Positions 37,147 through 45,989 of a stretch of DNA of 64,000 nucleotides are shown piece after piece. The notes beneath the pieces were generated by a model that saw nothing but the letters and a program-made list of their open reading frames with translations, was not told where the DNA came from and did no database searches. The stretch is taken from NCBI GenBank assembly GCA_051819665.1, contig JBNJDG010000001.1, forward strand, positions 4,369 through 68,368, written 5' to 3'. A program made the position numbers and the translations under genes. This stretch comes from Nanobdellota archaeon. Its GTDB lineage: Archaea > Nanobdellota > Nanobdellia > Woesearchaeales > CAZZGN01. The stretch's first letter is position 1; every line of letters begins with the position of its first letter.

Positions 37147-38434
37147 TTTCTGATATCTTCTCTTTAGTGAATCTCATCCATTGAACCAGGGGTATTTTGC
37201 TCGGGCAGACATATGAGCAGACCCCGCAGTTGTTGCAGTCCATCGCATGATAATCTTTCGCTTCCTCATATTTCCCTTTCCTTGCATTATGGATTATTGT
37301 TGTGGGCATGAGCCTCATGGGACAGGCCTCTATGCATCTTCCACATCTTATGCATTTCCTCTCTTCCTCTTGTGGAAGTCCATCCTGCGCCAGCAGACCG
37401 GAAGCACATTTTATTACGGGGAAATCATCGTCGGGCAGGGCATGTCCCATCATGGGTCCTCCGAAGATTATCTTGGCAGGATTGTCTGAATATCCTCCGC
37501 AGTATCTTATCACTTCCTTTGCAGGAGTGCCTATCCTGACCAGGAGATTCTTCGGTTCTTTTACGGCACCTGTTACAGTTACGATCCTCTCAATTAAGGG
37601 CTTGCCTTCATAAACTGCTTCGTATATAGCTTTAACTGTCTGGACATTCTGGACCACGCAACCGACATCGTGCGGCAGGCCTTTCCTGTTGGGTACTTCT
37701 CTTCCCGTAACCGAATATATTATGTTCTTCTCCGAACCTTGCGGATATCTTGTGCTTAAAGGCAGAATCTCTATGTTCTCCTTTCCTGACTTTTCCGTCA
37801 GGTTTGAGATGGCATCCTTCTTATCCTTCTCTATCGCGATGAAACTTCTCTCAGGCTCCAGGATCTTCTGCATGATCCTCAGGCCTTTTATGATCTTCTC
37901 TCCATGTTCAACCATCGTCCTGTGGTCTGAAGTTAGGTAAGGTTCGCATTCGGCACCATTGAGAATTATCGTGTCTATCTTCTTCCCTTCAGGCGGTGAC
38001 ATCTTAACATGAGTGGGGAATGATGCTCCACCCAGGCCGACTATTCCTGCATCCCTTATTATCTGTATTAGCTCTTTCTTCGTCAGCTTCTCCGGATCCT
38101 GCCTTCCGTTTATAGGTTTACCTTTCCTGTCTTTCCCGTCTGACCTTATCACTATGGTTTCTCCCTTGCCCGTAACAGGGTGATGCCTCTCTTCAACAGC
38201 CTCGACAGTTCCGGAGACGGGGGAATGGACAGGCGAGGTGACAGTCTTATCAGAATCAGCGATCTTCTCTCCGAGTTTTACCCTGTCACCTTTTTTTACC
38301 CTAGCTTTGCAGGGACATCCTATATGCTGGTTGAGGGGCAGGCTCACCATCTCAGGAGGGGGCATGACCTCTGTATTTCTATTTTTCGTGAGTTTATTCT
38401 GTTCTACACGGATCCCGCCAAAAAAGGATTTCAT
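37133..38434 (-). CDS. rnfC: Rnf complex subunit C
   Basis: GLGGASFPTHVKM (NADH/FMN-binding) and two 4Fe-4S motifs CIRCGRCIEACP / CNNCGVCSYVCP. Confidence 0.85.
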   Translation of the reverse strand: MKSFFGGIRVEQNKLTKNRNTEVMPPPEMVSLPLNQHIGCPCKARVKKGDRVKLGEKIADSDKTVTSPVHSPVSGTVEAVEERHHPVTGKGETIVIRSDGKDRKGKPINGRQDPEKLTKKELIQIIRDAGIVGLGGASFPTHVKMSPPEGKKIDTIILNGAECEPYLTSDHRTMVEHGEKIIKGLRIMQKILEPERSFIAIEKDKKDAISNLTEKSGKENIEILPLSTRYPQGSEKNIIYSVTGREVPNRKGLPHDVGCVVQNVQTVKAIYEAVYEGKPLIERIVTVTGAVKEPKNLLVRIGTPAKEVIRYCGGYSDNPAKIIFGGPMMGHALPDDDFPVIKCASGLLAQDGLPQEEERKCIRCGRCIEACPMRLMPTTIIHNARKGKYEEAKDYHAMDCNNCGVCSYVCPSKIPLVQWMRFTKEKISENDKQ

Positions 38435-38497
38435 AGATTAGAATCCTTGAATACCCATATAAAAAACTTTTTATATTCTTATTTCTCTATAAGGAAT
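38435..38497. promoter_or_regulatory. 63-bp divergent rnfC / apbE promoter region with near-palindromic double TATA (ATATAAAAAACTTTTTATAT)
   Basis: Symmetric A/T-rich element centred between the two divergent ATGs at 38434 and 38498. Confidence 0.4.
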
Positions 38498-39466
38498 ATG
38501 AGATATATCTATCTGTTTGCGGTTGTCTTTCTCCTTTTACTGGGTTGTTCTGCGACAGAGAAGACGGAAGAGACCAGGGAGCTTATGGGTACCGAGGTCA
38601 CTATCACTGTATACAGCGACAAGGGTGATTCAGATGCGGCTTCTTCTATAGATGATGCTTTCAACAGGATGGAAAGCCTGGAAGCTAAGCTCAGTGGGAC
38701 GGATAATAGCTCTGAAGTCTCCAGGCTCAATGAAAAAAAGACTGTGAGAGCTGGTGAGGACCTCCTTTATGTCATTAACCGGTCCTTGCGTTACAGCGAG
38801 CTTTCCGAAGGAGCTTTCGACATAACAGTACAACCTATACTGGACCTTTACAGCCACACTTTCAGCGAACTTGACAGGCCGCCCAATGCTTCTGAGATAA
38901 ATGAGACCCTGGAATATGTGGATTATCATGATATTTCTCTCGAAGGAGGGGATATAACTCTTGAGGAGAATATGAAGATAACTCTCGGTGGGATAGCTAA
39001 AGGTTATATAATCGATGAGGGTATTTCGGTGCTTAAGAGGGAAGGGATACGACATGCGCTGGTGAACGCAGGGGGTGACATAAGGGCAATAGGAGATAAG
39101 GGTTCTGATGACTGGCATATAGCTTTGAGGAATCCGGATGACAGTGATGATTATATTACCAGGCTGGATGTTGATAACAAGTCTGTAGCTACTTCCGGAA
39201 ATTATGAGAGATATTTTGATAAGGATAAGGAATACCATCATATCATAAACCCTAATACAGGTTATTCTTCAGATGGGATGATCTCTGTTACCATAATAAC
39301 TGATAAGGCGATTGATGCGGATGCTTTGTCAACCGTAGTCTTTGTCCTGGGCAGTGAGGAAGGTATGAGTATGGTAGAGGGCATTGGCGATGTTGAAGCC
39401 CTTATCATAAATGAGGACAGGGAAATTTTCAGGAGCACGGGTTTTGGGAGGTTCACTTCTGAGTAA
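38498..39466 (+). CDS. apbE: FAD:protein FMN transferase (ApbE family) lipoprotein
   Basis: It has a signal plus lipobox-like LLLLGCSAT. ApbE-family motifs are present (GGIAKGY, ...ATSGNYERYF, ...DALSTVVFVLG). It is divergent from the rnf operon, whose RnfG and RnfD are flavinylated by ApbE in characterized systems. Confidence 0.8.
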   Translation: MRYIYLFAVVFLLLLGCSATEKTEETRELMGTEVTITVYSDKGDSDAASSIDDAFNRMESLEAKLSGTDNSSEVSRLNEKKTVRAGEDLLYVINRSLRYSELSEGAFDITVQPILDLYSHTFSELDRPPNASEINETLEYVDYHDISLEGGDITLEENMKITLGGIAKGYIIDEGISVLKREGIRHALVNAGGDIRAIGDKGSDDWHIALRNPDDSDDYITRLDVDNKSVATSGNYERYFDKDKEYHHIINPNTGYSSDGMISVTIITDKAIDADALSTVVFVLGSEEGMSMVEGIGDVEALIINEDREIFRSTGFGRFTSE

Positions 39467-39508
39467 CATTAGTAACTTTTAAATCCAACCTAATATGTCT
39501 TATCGGGC

Positions 39509-39715
39509 ATGACCATAGAAAAACTACAGGATGCAAAAAAACAGGTTATTGATTCTATAAAGGCAATACTTCAGGATCTCCAGGAGCAGAAAAAGGCGCT
39601 TGATGAGAAGGAGGAAAGCCTTAAAGAGTACGAAAAGAAGCTCCAGCAGAAAGAGAAGGATATAGAACAGGAGATGGAGAGTTTCTCTAATGAAGTGAAG
39701 AATCTTATCGGTTAG
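39509..39715 (+). CDS. small coiled-coil protein, hypothetical
   Basis: 68 aa, heptad-rich K/E/Q sequence; no family recognized. Confidence 0.3.
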   Translation: MTIEKLQDAKKQVIDSIKAILQDLQEQKKALDEKEESLKEYEKKLQQKEKDIEQEMESFSNEVKNLIG

Positions 39716-41946
39716 TTCTTTAACATCTCTCCTATTATGGTGCTTGCTATAGCATTGAAGATTATCATCACCAGGAGAGATATGGCAATGTAGAGTGCTG
39801 TCGATTTCACAAGGTTCTTCCCGAGCTCGTGCTCTTCATTGAGCTTATCCGAGCCGTGCTCGATACTGTTGGAGATGACGGTCAGCAGGTATGTTATCTG
39901 GATCACATATATCCCTACTATGATCTGTGAATAGTAAGTGGGGATACCGTCTCCGAATATATTAAGCAGGCCTTCCATGCCGCCCATTCCGCCTCCGCCC
40001 CCTGCGGCACCTTCTCCGCTTGTCAGTTGTGACATCTGGCTCTTGAGCCTTGAGAGGATGTAAGTCACCATCGAGGTTATGCCTATCACTATTCCGGAGA
40101 TCGCCGGTGTCATGAAGGATATCTGGGATTTCATCGAGCCGATTATGTCTCCCATAAGGTCTTTCAGCCTTTCATTGACCCTGTGGATCTCTTTTACGTA
40201 TCTTGCTATGTTAAGCAGTGCCTGTGCAGCAACCTGGGGCCCTTTCTTGATGCTTTCCACGAGGACTTTCATCGAACTCTTTATCAGGTTTGAGGGGTAG
40301 TTCTTTATAGCTCCCACTTTCGGATCGAATATGGCCTGCTTGATGGTCATACCAAGTCTTCTTACATTTGTGGTGGCGATGTTGAAGAAATTGCCTGTGA
40401 CTGTGCCTTTCATGACCTGGGCGACTTTGGTGATGGCTATCTCTCCGGGCAGGCCATCTCCAAGGCGGTTCCCGAGCTGGAACAGGGATGAACCGAACTG
40501 GGATTCTATCTTTTTAGAGTCTTCCCTTATCTTCATAAGCTTTCTCGATTTTAGCCTGAAGTAAAGGCCGAGACTCACTCCTATCGTAAGAGGCAGGAAC
40601 AGGCTGAATATCGCGGCCCCGAGACCATAAGGCCCTATGTATTCATCAGAGTTCCCCGAAGAAGGCTTTTTGTAACCAAGGAACTGGAAGGTCGCTTGAT
40701 CGTATTTTTCATCATCATAGTGCATCACCTTTATGCCTTCCTCCTGGAGATTGACTATATCGATATCGGTGACTGCGTGCATGAATATGGGGAAGAGGCT
40801 TAACATCAGGCCTATGATGCCTATTATTGTCGCAAGAACTACTGGCGAAAGGCTTATGTTCTGCCCTCCCAGTTTGAAATTGACCTTTTTGTATTTATCA
40901 TACTTTCCGCTCGACATGTCTGTATCTCCGTAACCGGTAGGCCTGCTGGCCAGGATGTTCTTCCCGTAATAATACACTATTAGCGGCAGGGCTATGTTGT
41001 AGAAGAAAGCAATGTAGATTGCCAGTTTGTTGGGTGGCAGATCCTCACTCGTCATGAAACTTGCAAGTAGAGGAAGCATCACAAGGCCCAGTATCGGGAG
41101 GATAACTCCCAGCATGTGAAGGGTTGTAACAGGGGAATGCAGATTATGTGCATAATGGAGCATCTTCTCATATGTCTGTTCGAGGATCACGTCGAGGGAT
41201 TTATCAAGCAGGTTTATTCTCCTGTCTTCAGAAGATTCTGCAAGAGAGGATTCTATAAGGTGCATAGCTTCCACGAATTCGTTGTTCCATTTCTTCCAGA
41301 ATTCAAGATAATCGTCCATCGATTCCTTGATCGTGTTGAACTTCTCCGTTTCCACATCCCAGATGACCTTTCTCATGTCCAGTGCCAGAGGCCCTGTGAG
41401 GTGATCCGAAGCGAAGATGAGTGCATTCTCAAGGTTGCTTGTGTGTCTCATATATGTGACCACATAAAATACTGAGAGCACCATCTCATTGCTTGCCTTG
41501 AGCCTCCAGTTGTTTGCCAGAAAACTTGGTAATTTGTTCATCAGCCCGTATACTGCAGCTCCTGCGATCATTGAGACGAATATCCCGAAGGTACCTATAT
41601 CTATGCCGATTATGGGGGGGATTATGACGCTCAGAACGAGACCTGCAAGTACAAGCGCTAAAGGGGCGAGTATCGCTACGCTCTTAAGGCCGGCAGGAGT
41701 GGCATTCAGGTGGCATGTGTTTATAGATTCCCGGAGATCTTTCGCTTCTTTTTCATCCGGTTTTATGTTCAGTATTTTCTCGCTCAGGTTAGCGAAATAT
41801 TCGTAACGGGAGAGATGGTTGGGGAGGATCTCCTTCCTGAATTGTTTATATTCTCTGTTCATCACTGTAGGGGTGGGCTGTGGATTATCTCCGAGTTCCT
41901 CTTTCAGCTTATCCATATACTTGTTCTTCAGGTCATCAGCTGACAT
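39712..41946 (-). CDS. type IV pilus/archaellum-type assembly platform membrane protein (FlaJ/TadC/PilC-like), unusually long (744 aa)
   Basis: Two repeated units, each a cytoplasmic helical domain followed by TM triplets (T2SSF-like). It lies directly downstream of the secretion ATPase, with the stop and start adjacent. Confidence 0.6.
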   Translation of the reverse strand: MSADDLKNKYMDKLKEELGDNPQPTPTVMNREYKQFRKEILPNHLSRYEYFANLSEKILNIKPDEKEAKDLRESINTCHLNATPAGLKSVAILAPLALVLAGLVLSVIIPPIIGIDIGTFGIFVSMIAGAAVYGLMNKLPSFLANNWRLKASNEMVLSVFYVVTYMRHTSNLENALIFASDHLTGPLALDMRKVIWDVETEKFNTIKESMDDYLEFWKKWNNEFVEAMHLIESSLAESSEDRRINLLDKSLDVILEQTYEKMLHYAHNLHSPVTTLHMLGVILPILGLVMLPLLASFMTSEDLPPNKLAIYIAFFYNIALPLIVYYYGKNILASRPTGYGDTDMSSGKYDKYKKVNFKLGGQNISLSPVVLATIIGIIGLMLSLFPIFMHAVTDIDIVNLQEEGIKVMHYDDEKYDQATFQFLGYKKPSSGNSDEYIGPYGLGAAIFSLFLPLTIGVSLGLYFRLKSRKLMKIREDSKKIESQFGSSLFQLGNRLGDGLPGEIAITKVAQVMKGTVTGNFFNIATTNVRRLGMTIKQAIFDPKVGAIKNYPSNLIKSSMKVLVESIKKGPQVAAQALLNIARYVKEIHRVNERLKDLMGDIIGSMKSQISFMTPAISGIVIGITSMVTYILSRLKSQMSQLTSGEGAAGGGGGMGGMEGLLNIFGDGIPTYYSQIIVGIYVIQITYLLTVISNSIEHGSDKLNEEHELGKNLVKSTALYIAISLLVMIIFNAIASTIIGEMLKN

Positions 41947-44199
41947 CTATCCACCTCTTTTTTTGACCTCTTCAAAAAACCACTCTTCCCATCTCCTGTA
42001 TATCTCATCCTGATCCATCCAGCCTTTGTCATTGGATACTTCTTCACTTATATTGTGGAACATATCATTGCATTTTATCACGAAAGGTGCTTCGAGCATG
42101 TCATCATCCTTGTTCTTGATGGCTGTCTCTGCAATCTTCCCTTTGATCTTCCCCCTTAATTCTATATTGTTCCAGACAGCATCCCAGTTACCGGCGAATT
42201 CTTTTATGTTCCCTGCTATTGATTTCAATATCTCGGATTCTCCGTTTATTATAGCATCTGTCGGCTCTACCTTATCTGTTTTGGAGTTGTATTTCATCAG
42301 GTCCACGAAACCGTTCTCCCTTGATGGGTCTTCACTCCAGTCTTTCCTCACTTCAGTGATCTGGGTTATCCTCCTGTGCTTGTGAAGCCCGTCTGCAGAC
42401 TTTATGGGGGTGGCGATTATTATGATGTCCGTCGCCTTGAAAGAGGTGGTTGGTACACCGATATCATTCACGACCCTGTCGAAGATACCGTATGGGCTGT
42501 CGCCGTGGATCGTGCCTGCTACAACATTTGCAGAAGCGCCCACTCTCATGGCTTCATAAAGTGCCTTTGCTTCTTTACTCCTTACCTCTCCGACAATGAG
42601 TGAAGAATCACCTAGTCTCAGGGTGGCCCTTATTCCGTCGCTTGCATCCATTTCAGAAGAGCCTTTCTGCAATGCGGAAGCGACTTTCATCGGCTGTATA
42701 TTGAAACCGAGCTTTCTCATCTCCTCTCCCGGAAGCTCCCTCGTGTCTTCTACAGTTATTATCCTGTATCTTCTCATTATCTCGACCAGGAGAGAGGTAA
42801 GGAAACTTGATTTTCCGCTTGACCTTGTACCTGCGACGAGCATGGTCTTGGTCCCGTCAATGAGAAAGCTCAATAATCCTGCGGCTATGGGTGAGATCAT
42901 GTTGAATTTGATGAACAGGGGCAAAGTCCATGGTTTGCTCCTGTGTCTTCGGAAGGAGAAAGCCAGGCCTGTCGGGTCAAGCGGAGGACCAATGAGTGAT
43001 ATCCTTGTGGATGCACCGGGAAGGTCAAGTTCAGTATCGAGAAGGGGGTTAGCTTCATCCAGGGGTCTTCCCGAAATCATCCTCAGCTTGGATGCCCAGC
43101 TTTCCGCTTCCGTCCTGGTAGGTATGATGTTTGTCTTACAGTCATCATAATCTCCGTGTACAATGAAGATCGGGACCTGTCCTAGCGGGCTGTTGACGGA
43201 GATATCCTGCACTTTCTCGTCCTGGAGGAGAACTTCCACAAGGCCGAATCCGACGGTGTACCTGACCAGGATGCCTGTAAGGTGTTCCACCTCTTTTTTC
43301 AATAGCCTTATCCCTTTGTATTGTGAAAGCTCCTGGATCAGATCTTTGCCCACATCGAAGAAGATCTTCCTCATCCTCTGCGGGTTGACGAATTCCTCTT
43401 TACTTGGTTTATGCTCGGACATGATCTTCCTTGCATTATCCAGCAGCTCGTACTTCTCCTCATCAAGTTTGAACTCGGGGGGCATCATATGGTAGATGTA
43501 CTGCACGGAGTCCGGTAACTTGAAGATGGTCACTTCGACCTCTCCGGAGACGGTGTAGCTGTCGAGTTCCTCTCCGTTTTCCGGATATGAGGCCATTAAT
43601 TTGGTGAACATGAAATCCGGCTTGATGACAGGGTGGAAGATTCTCCTGTAGATCTCCCTTGAGCCAGCTTCATGGCCTGCCAGATAAGGTTTTGCTACAC
43701 TGACCAGTCTTGTATTGTCAAGTTGTTCGATCACATAAGTAAGAAGGGAGACATATTTGTTGATGGAGTTGAGAGCACGCTGGTTGTTGGTGTTCTCTTT
43801 ATTCATGTTCTCTCTTCTCAATATCCTCGTTAACTCGGAATAAGCACCCAGTGGATCGTTCTTGAGGGTATGGTAAAGAAGTTTCTTGATCTCTGTATAA
43901 AGCTCTTCTGAACTGTTCAGATGATAATAGCTTAAGGTATTCTTGTCCTTTACTATATTTGTGAAGACAGATCCTATCTCATGGAGGAGCATGGTCTGGC
44001 TGTAATCATATTCGTAATCTCTTTTATCATACAATAATATCTTTGTGGTGTCCCTGTTTTCTATCAGTTGATCTATCACAGTGGACATGCACAAAGCAGA
44101 ATCTTCAATGGATGGTGGAACTCCTGCTAATTCGCAATTCACCCTGAGAATGACTTCTTCTCCCTCTCTGATTACTGTGAACTTATCTTCTTCTTCCAT
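41947..44199 (-). CDS. type II/IV secretion system ATPase (FlaI/PilB/GspE family), 750 aa with N-terminal extension
   Basis: Walker A (VAGTRSSGKSSFLTSLLVEI) is present, followed by ITVEDTRELP. Asp-box/His-box-like regions are present. The N-terminal ~250 aa have no recognized domain. Confidence 0.8.
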   Translation of the reverse strand: MEEEDKFTVIREGEEVILRVNCELAGVPPSIEDSALCMSTVIDQLIENRDTTKILLYDKRDYEYDYSQTMLLHEIGSVFTNIVKDKNTLSYYHLNSSEELYTEIKKLLYHTLKNDPLGAYSELTRILRRENMNKENTNNQRALNSINKYVSLLTYVIEQLDNTRLVSVAKPYLAGHEAGSREIYRRIFHPVIKPDFMFTKLMASYPENGEELDSYTVSGEVEVTIFKLPDSVQYIYHMMPPEFKLDEEKYELLDNARKIMSEHKPSKEEFVNPQRMRKIFFDVGKDLIQELSQYKGIRLLKKEVEHLTGILVRYTVGFGLVEVLLQDEKVQDISVNSPLGQVPIFIVHGDYDDCKTNIIPTRTEAESWASKLRMISGRPLDEANPLLDTELDLPGASTRISLIGPPLDPTGLAFSFRRHRSKPWTLPLFIKFNMISPIAAGLLSFLIDGTKTMLVAGTRSSGKSSFLTSLLVEIMRRYRIITVEDTRELPGEEMRKLGFNIQPMKVASALQKGSSEMDASDGIRATLRLGDSSLIVGEVRSKEAKALYEAMRVGASANVVAGTIHGDSPYGIFDRVVNDIGVPTTSFKATDIIIIATPIKSADGLHKHRRITQITEVRKDWSEDPSRENGFVDLMKYNSKTDKVEPTDAIINGESEILKSIAGNIKEFAGNWDAVWNNIELRGKIKGKIAETAIKNKDDDMLEAPFVIKCNDMFHNISEEVSNDKGWMDQDEIYRRWEEWFFEEVKKRGG

Positions 44200-44320
44200 T
44201 TTCTACCTCTTTTTTCAATGAATCATTCACATATTCGCTGATCGTCATGTCTTTCATGACACAAATATACTTGAGTTTCTTATGTTTTTCCTCGTCGATC
44301 TCTATGTTTATTCTTCCCAT
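44183..44320 (-). CDS. ribbon-helix-helix (CopG-like) small DNA-binding protein, copy 2 (45 aa)
   Basis: MGRINIEIDEEKHKKLKYICVMKDMTISEYVNDSLKKEV has the RHH beta-strand + two-helix pattern. It overlaps the ATPase start. It is below the ORF-track cutoff. Confidence 0.5.
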   Translation of the reverse strand: MGRINIEIDEEKHKKLKYICVMKDMTISEYVNDSLKKEVENGRRR

Positions 44321-44451
44321 TCTTTCTCTTTTTTTAATCTTTTCTCGATTATGCTGTTAATGTATTCTGTCATAGTCTTGCCATTAATCGCAGAATGAGC
44401 TTTGATCTTCCTGTGTATGGAATCATCGATCTCGATGTTTATTCTTGGCAT
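44308..44451 (-). CDS. ribbon-helix-helix (CopG-like) small DNA-binding protein, copy 1 (47 aa)
   Basis: MPRINIEIDDSIHRKIKAHSAINGKTMTEYINSIIEKRL; tandem paralogue of the next gene; below the ORF-track cutoff. Confidence 0.5.
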   Translation of the reverse strand: MPRINIEIDDSIHRKIKAHSAINGKTMTEYINSIIEKRLKKEKEWEE

Positions 44452-44628
44452 TTTAAAAAATGGTCCCTGGTCAGTCTGTTGGGGGGTTTTAGAATGAATC
44501 CAGGGACCGTTGATTATTTAACTTATTTAGTTAAGTTAATTAAGTTAGTTAATTTATATAAGTTTTTCGCTTTTCACTCACAAAGAACAACATAACATTA
44601 TTATAACAAACCTTATTTTTCTGATAAT

Positions 44629-45129
44629 ATGGTGGGAGATTCCGTAAGCGGGCAGCAGGAGCAGCAGAATCAACAGACTCAGGGGGGTAACGGTGCTCAG
44701 CAGAAGCAGTCGGGAAGCAAGACGATAACCTTCGGAGCCCCGAAAAAGCCCAAAGGGCCTTCTCCGGAAGTCAAGAAATTGACTTCTGAAGTGGGTGAAG
44801 TCGGCAGGAAGGTGAGGATACTTGAGGAGAGGTATTCGAACATAAGGAGGAAATCCCAGCTTACAGAGCATAACATGCTCACTATTCAGAAGAACCTCAA
44901 TAAAGAAGTGAAACAGGTAAACAATGAGATAAAGGAGGTCCAGAAGACAGCCAAGGAGCTGAAGGAGAAGATGGACCAGATCCTGAGGGAGATAAATAAT
45001 TTTGCCAGTTCGGATGAAGTCAAGGCCCTTGATGCCTATGTCAATTTTTGGAATCCTGTCGAGTTTATGACGAGGAAGGAAGCTGAAAAGCTTGTGAGGG
45101 ACATCATTGAGGAGAATAGAAAGATTTAA
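44629..45129 (+). CDS. hypothetical protein: Q/G-rich low-complexity N-terminus + coiled-coil C-terminal half
   Basis: 166 aa; QQEQQNQQTQGGNGAQQKQ then heptad-like region; TATA AATTTATATAAG upstream. Confidence 0.45.
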   Translation: MVGDSVSGQQEQQNQQTQGGNGAQQKQSGSKTITFGAPKKPKGPSPEVKKLTSEVGEVGRKVRILEERYSNIRRKSQLTEHNMLTIQKNLNKEVKQVNNEIKEVQKTAKELKEKMDQILREINNFASSDEVKALDAYVNFWNPVEFMTRKEAEKLVRDIIEENRKI

Positions 45130-45295
45130 AAATTACTTTAAGAAATAAAAAAGTAGGTGAATAAAAATAGCTCTCATATCTTTCGGAAAGAAAAAGGATG
45201 ATAAGAATAAGGATTCTTCATCCGGCCAGGGTCAGGGTGAACAGCCTCAGGCTCCTTCACAGGGTCAGGGCCCGCCGACAGAGTATGTTCTTTCT

Positions 45296-45958
45296 ATGCA
45301 GCAGAATGGCATGACCAATTATCAGATAGTTGAATATCTCCAGAGACAGGGCTATCAGCAGAATGAGATTTATGAGGCCATGAATCAGGCTTCAGTAAAG
45401 GGCAGTGTAGAGAATCCACAGGGTGAGCAGATGGCTTCACCTCAATATGCGGAGGATCAGGGTGCTTATGGAGCTCCTCCTGGCGGTCAGCCGGCACCTC
45501 CCGGCGGGCAAGCCCCTCCTGGCGGACAGGCTCCCGGTGGACAAGCTCCCGGACAGATGCCGCCGGATATGAACGGTGGAGTATCCAAGGAGGAGATCGA
45601 GAAGATAGCCGAATCTATCATCGAGGAGAAATGGAACCAGATAACCAAACAGTTCACCCAGCTTTCCGACTGGCGTGAAAAATCGGAAGAGAGGCTTACC
45701 AGGATAGAACAGCAGTTCCAGGATCTCAAGAAGAATTTTGATTCCCTTCATGACTCTCTTCTCGGGAAGGTGAATGAGTATGATCAGAATATCGTTCATC
45801 TCGGGAGTGAGATAAAGGCGATGGAGAAGGTATTCCAGAAGATCCTCCCCTCACTGACTGAGAACGTGAGTGAATTATCCAAGATTACCAAGAATATGAA
45901 AGGGGAAAAGGATAAGGATAAAAATCAGGGGAATACTGGCAGTCAGGATTACAGCTAA
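45296..45958 (+). CDS. hypothetical protein with small N-terminal domain, (P)PGGQA pentapeptide repeats and C-terminal coiled coil; N-terminus possibly longer (see findings)
   Basis: 220 aa; PPGGQPAPPGGQAPPGGQAPGGQAPG repeat; coiled-coil from about residue 100. Confidence 0.45.
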   Translation: MQQNGMTNYQIVEYLQRQGYQQNEIYEAMNQASVKGSVENPQGEQMASPQYAEDQGAYGAPPGGQPAPPGGQAPPGGQAPGGQAPGQMPPDMNGGVSKEEIEKIAESIIEEKWNQITKQFTQLSDWREKSEERLTRIEQQFQDLKKNFDSLHDSLLGKVNEYDQNIVHLGSEIKAMEKVFQKILPSLTENVSELSKITKNMKGEKDKDKNQGNTGSQDYS

Positions 45959-45989
45959 ATTTATATATTAGGCACTTTCTCTAGGCTTT

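Noticed and set aside
38180-38497. Long N-terminal extension of apbE (ORF-track start 38180)
   Set aside because: The extension would run antisense through the rnfC start and has no signal peptide. The lipoprotein signal MRYIYLFAVVFLLLLGC begins at the ATG at 38498, which is preceded by an A/T promoter element.
45198-45295. Alternative ATG at 45198 as start for the PGGQA-repeat gene
   Set aside because: It is in a different frame. It gives an Arg-rich nonsense peptide (MIRIRILHPARVRV...) that terminates before joining the main frame.
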